DNA from: an uncultured bacterium
Lineage (GTDB): Bacteria; Patescibacteriota; Gracilibacteria; UBA1369; PNNO01
NCBI GenBank assembly: GCA_963704705.1
Contig: OY969931.1
Coordinates: 360,001-392,000 of the forward strand
DNA length: 32,000 nucleotides
Reading direction: 5' to 3'
Positions 30,956 through 32,000 of the stretch are shown one piece after another (the stretch's first letter is position 1; the number at the start of each line of letters is the position of its first letter). A program made the translations under genes and the position numbers. Below the pieces are notes generated by a model. That model saw only the letters and a program-made list of their open reading frames with translations. It was not told the origin of the DNA and ran no database searches.

Positions 30956-31279
30956 ATGGCTGAAGTTACTTTTACAGATGATAACTTTGAAGCAGAAGTA
31001 AAGAATGCTCAGGGTGTTGTTTTGGTTGATTTCTTTGCTACATGGTGCGGTCCTTGTAAAATGATGGCCCCTGTAATCGATGAACTTTCCGGAGAATTCG
31101 AAGGAAAAGCTAAAATCGGAAAACTTGATGTTGATGAAAACAATAAATCTGCTTCTGAATTCGGAGTACAAAGTATTCCAACTTTAATTCTGTTTAAAGA
31201 CGGAAAGGAAGTAGACAGAATGATCGGATTCCAATCAAAAGAAGTACTAAAAGAAAAGCTTGAAGGAGCTGTCGGCTAA
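30956..31279 (+). CDS. trxA: Thioredoxin
   Basis: 107 aa. It has the FFATWCGPCKMMAP active site (WCGPC) and the typical SIPTLILFKDG. Confidence 0.95.
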   Translation: MAEVTFTDDNFEAEVKNAQGVVLVDFFATWCGPCKMMAPVIDELSGEFEGKAKIGKLDVDENNKSASEFGVQSIPTLILFKDGKEVDRMIGFQSKEVLKEKLEGAVG

Positions 31280-31297
31280 TTGTTAACCCCTCTAATT

Positions 31298-32000
31298 ATG
31301 GCTGATGTTGTTGAAATTAAACAGCGATTTTTAAATGCTAATAAATATAAACTGATCGCACCTGCAGTTATCGCTCTAATCATTATATTTATTATTATGG
31401 ACGGGTTGGTTAGTGTTCCTGCGGGTCATGTGGGTGTAATTTTTGATCAGGGAAGGGGAGTTCTGGAGCAGGAGATTGGTGAAGGGCTTCACTTAAAGAT
31501 ACCGTTTTGGCAGCAGGCAACTATTATGGATGCGAGAACTCAGGAATATACTATGAGTATTGCTGAAGGAGAAGGCAGTAAATTCAACGACGATAGTATC
31601 GAAAGCAGATCTAAGGACGGCCAGGTTATTTGGGTTGATGCAACAATTCTTTATCATATCGATAAAAATGAAGCTGATAATATTAAAAGAACTTTAGGTA
31701 CAAAAGAAGAATATAATACTAAAATTGTAAGACCGCGTGCTCGCGAAGTGATTCGTGAAGTTGTTGCGCAGTACAATGCTTTGGATTTAGTTTCGGAAAA
31801 ACGTGCTGAAATTGTTGAAGTTATGAATAATGATTTAAAAGAAGCATACGCAAAACATGATATTGTTCTTGAAGAGGTTGTATTAAGAAACGTAACCTAT
31901 TCTGCTGATTTTGCTGATGCTATTGAGCAAAAAGAGGTAGCAAGACAACTCATTAAAACTTCTGAATATCAAAAAGAACAGGCAACAGAACTTAAAGCAA
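31298..32000 (+). CDS. SPFH/band-7 (prohibitin/HflC-like) membrane protein, C-terminus beyond the window end
   Basis: Hand translation from the ATG at 31298 gives MADVVEIKQRFLNANKYKLIAPAVIALIIIFIIMDGLVSVPAGHVGVIFDQGRGVLEQEIGEGLHLKIPFWQQATIMDARTQEY... It has an N-terminal TM helix plus an SPFH core (VPAGHVGV, HLKIPF) and is open to position 32000. Confidence 0.85.
   Translation, partial: MADVVEIKQRFLNANKYKLIAPAVIALIIIFIIMDGLVSVPAGHVGVIFDQGRGVLEQEIGEGLHLKIPFWQQATIMDARTQEYTMSIAEGEGSKFNDDSIESRSKDGQVIWVDATILYHIDKNEADNIKRTLGTKEEYNTKIVRPRAREVIREVVAQYNALDLVSEKRAEIVEVMNNDLKEAYAKHDIVLEEVVLRNVTYSADFADAIEQKEVARQLIKTSEYQKEQATELKA

Overview
AT-rich, very gene-dense bacterial chromosomal segment using the standard genetic code (TAA, TAG and TGA all act as stops). 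I can support about 34 protein-coding genes. I found no rRNA, tRNA, CRISPR array, transposase or integrase. Most genes serve envelope and ion/metal homeostasis: an MFS pump with its adaptor, HtrA, an ICMT-family methyltransferase, a zincin-like peptidase, an O-acyltransferase, an arsR + ArsP-type permease pair, CopA, a Fur-family regulator + ZIP transporter, EamA, a CPA2 antiporter, a cyclophilin, CorA, a PGRP-type amidase, thioredoxin and an SPFH protein. The rest are thyA-folA, a DUF763 / IMPase / umuD / umuC unit, an orphan PurD-like ATP-grasp, a GNAT and a 665-aa B12-binding radical SAM protein. Shine-Dalgarno sequences are essentially absent, but many genes sit behind good TTGACA-17-TATAAT-type promoters. 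Convergent genes often share stop-codon nucleotides. Observations most worth follow-up: (1) an unannotated 20-codon ORF (23640-23702, minus) encoding MLISKGGCCKGGGCCKGGCC, with its own promoter, at the end of a same-strand cluster of two stand-alone cNMP-binding proteins and two membrane proteins; (2) umuDC packed behind DUF763 and IMPase-family genes, under a promoter whose start region is an 18-bp perfect palindrome, inside a block (about 18.4-23.6 kb) that looks GC-richer and prefers CGN over AGA arginine codons; (3) a perfect 25-bp palindrome in front of the Fur-family gene, which argues for a shorter start; (4) a B12-radical SAM protein with a long N-terminal extension, next to a GNAT and a PurD-like ligase and divergent from a secreted protein carrying 13 tandem 9-bp (EKV-type) repeats. 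All family calls come from motif recognition by eye; no database search was possible.
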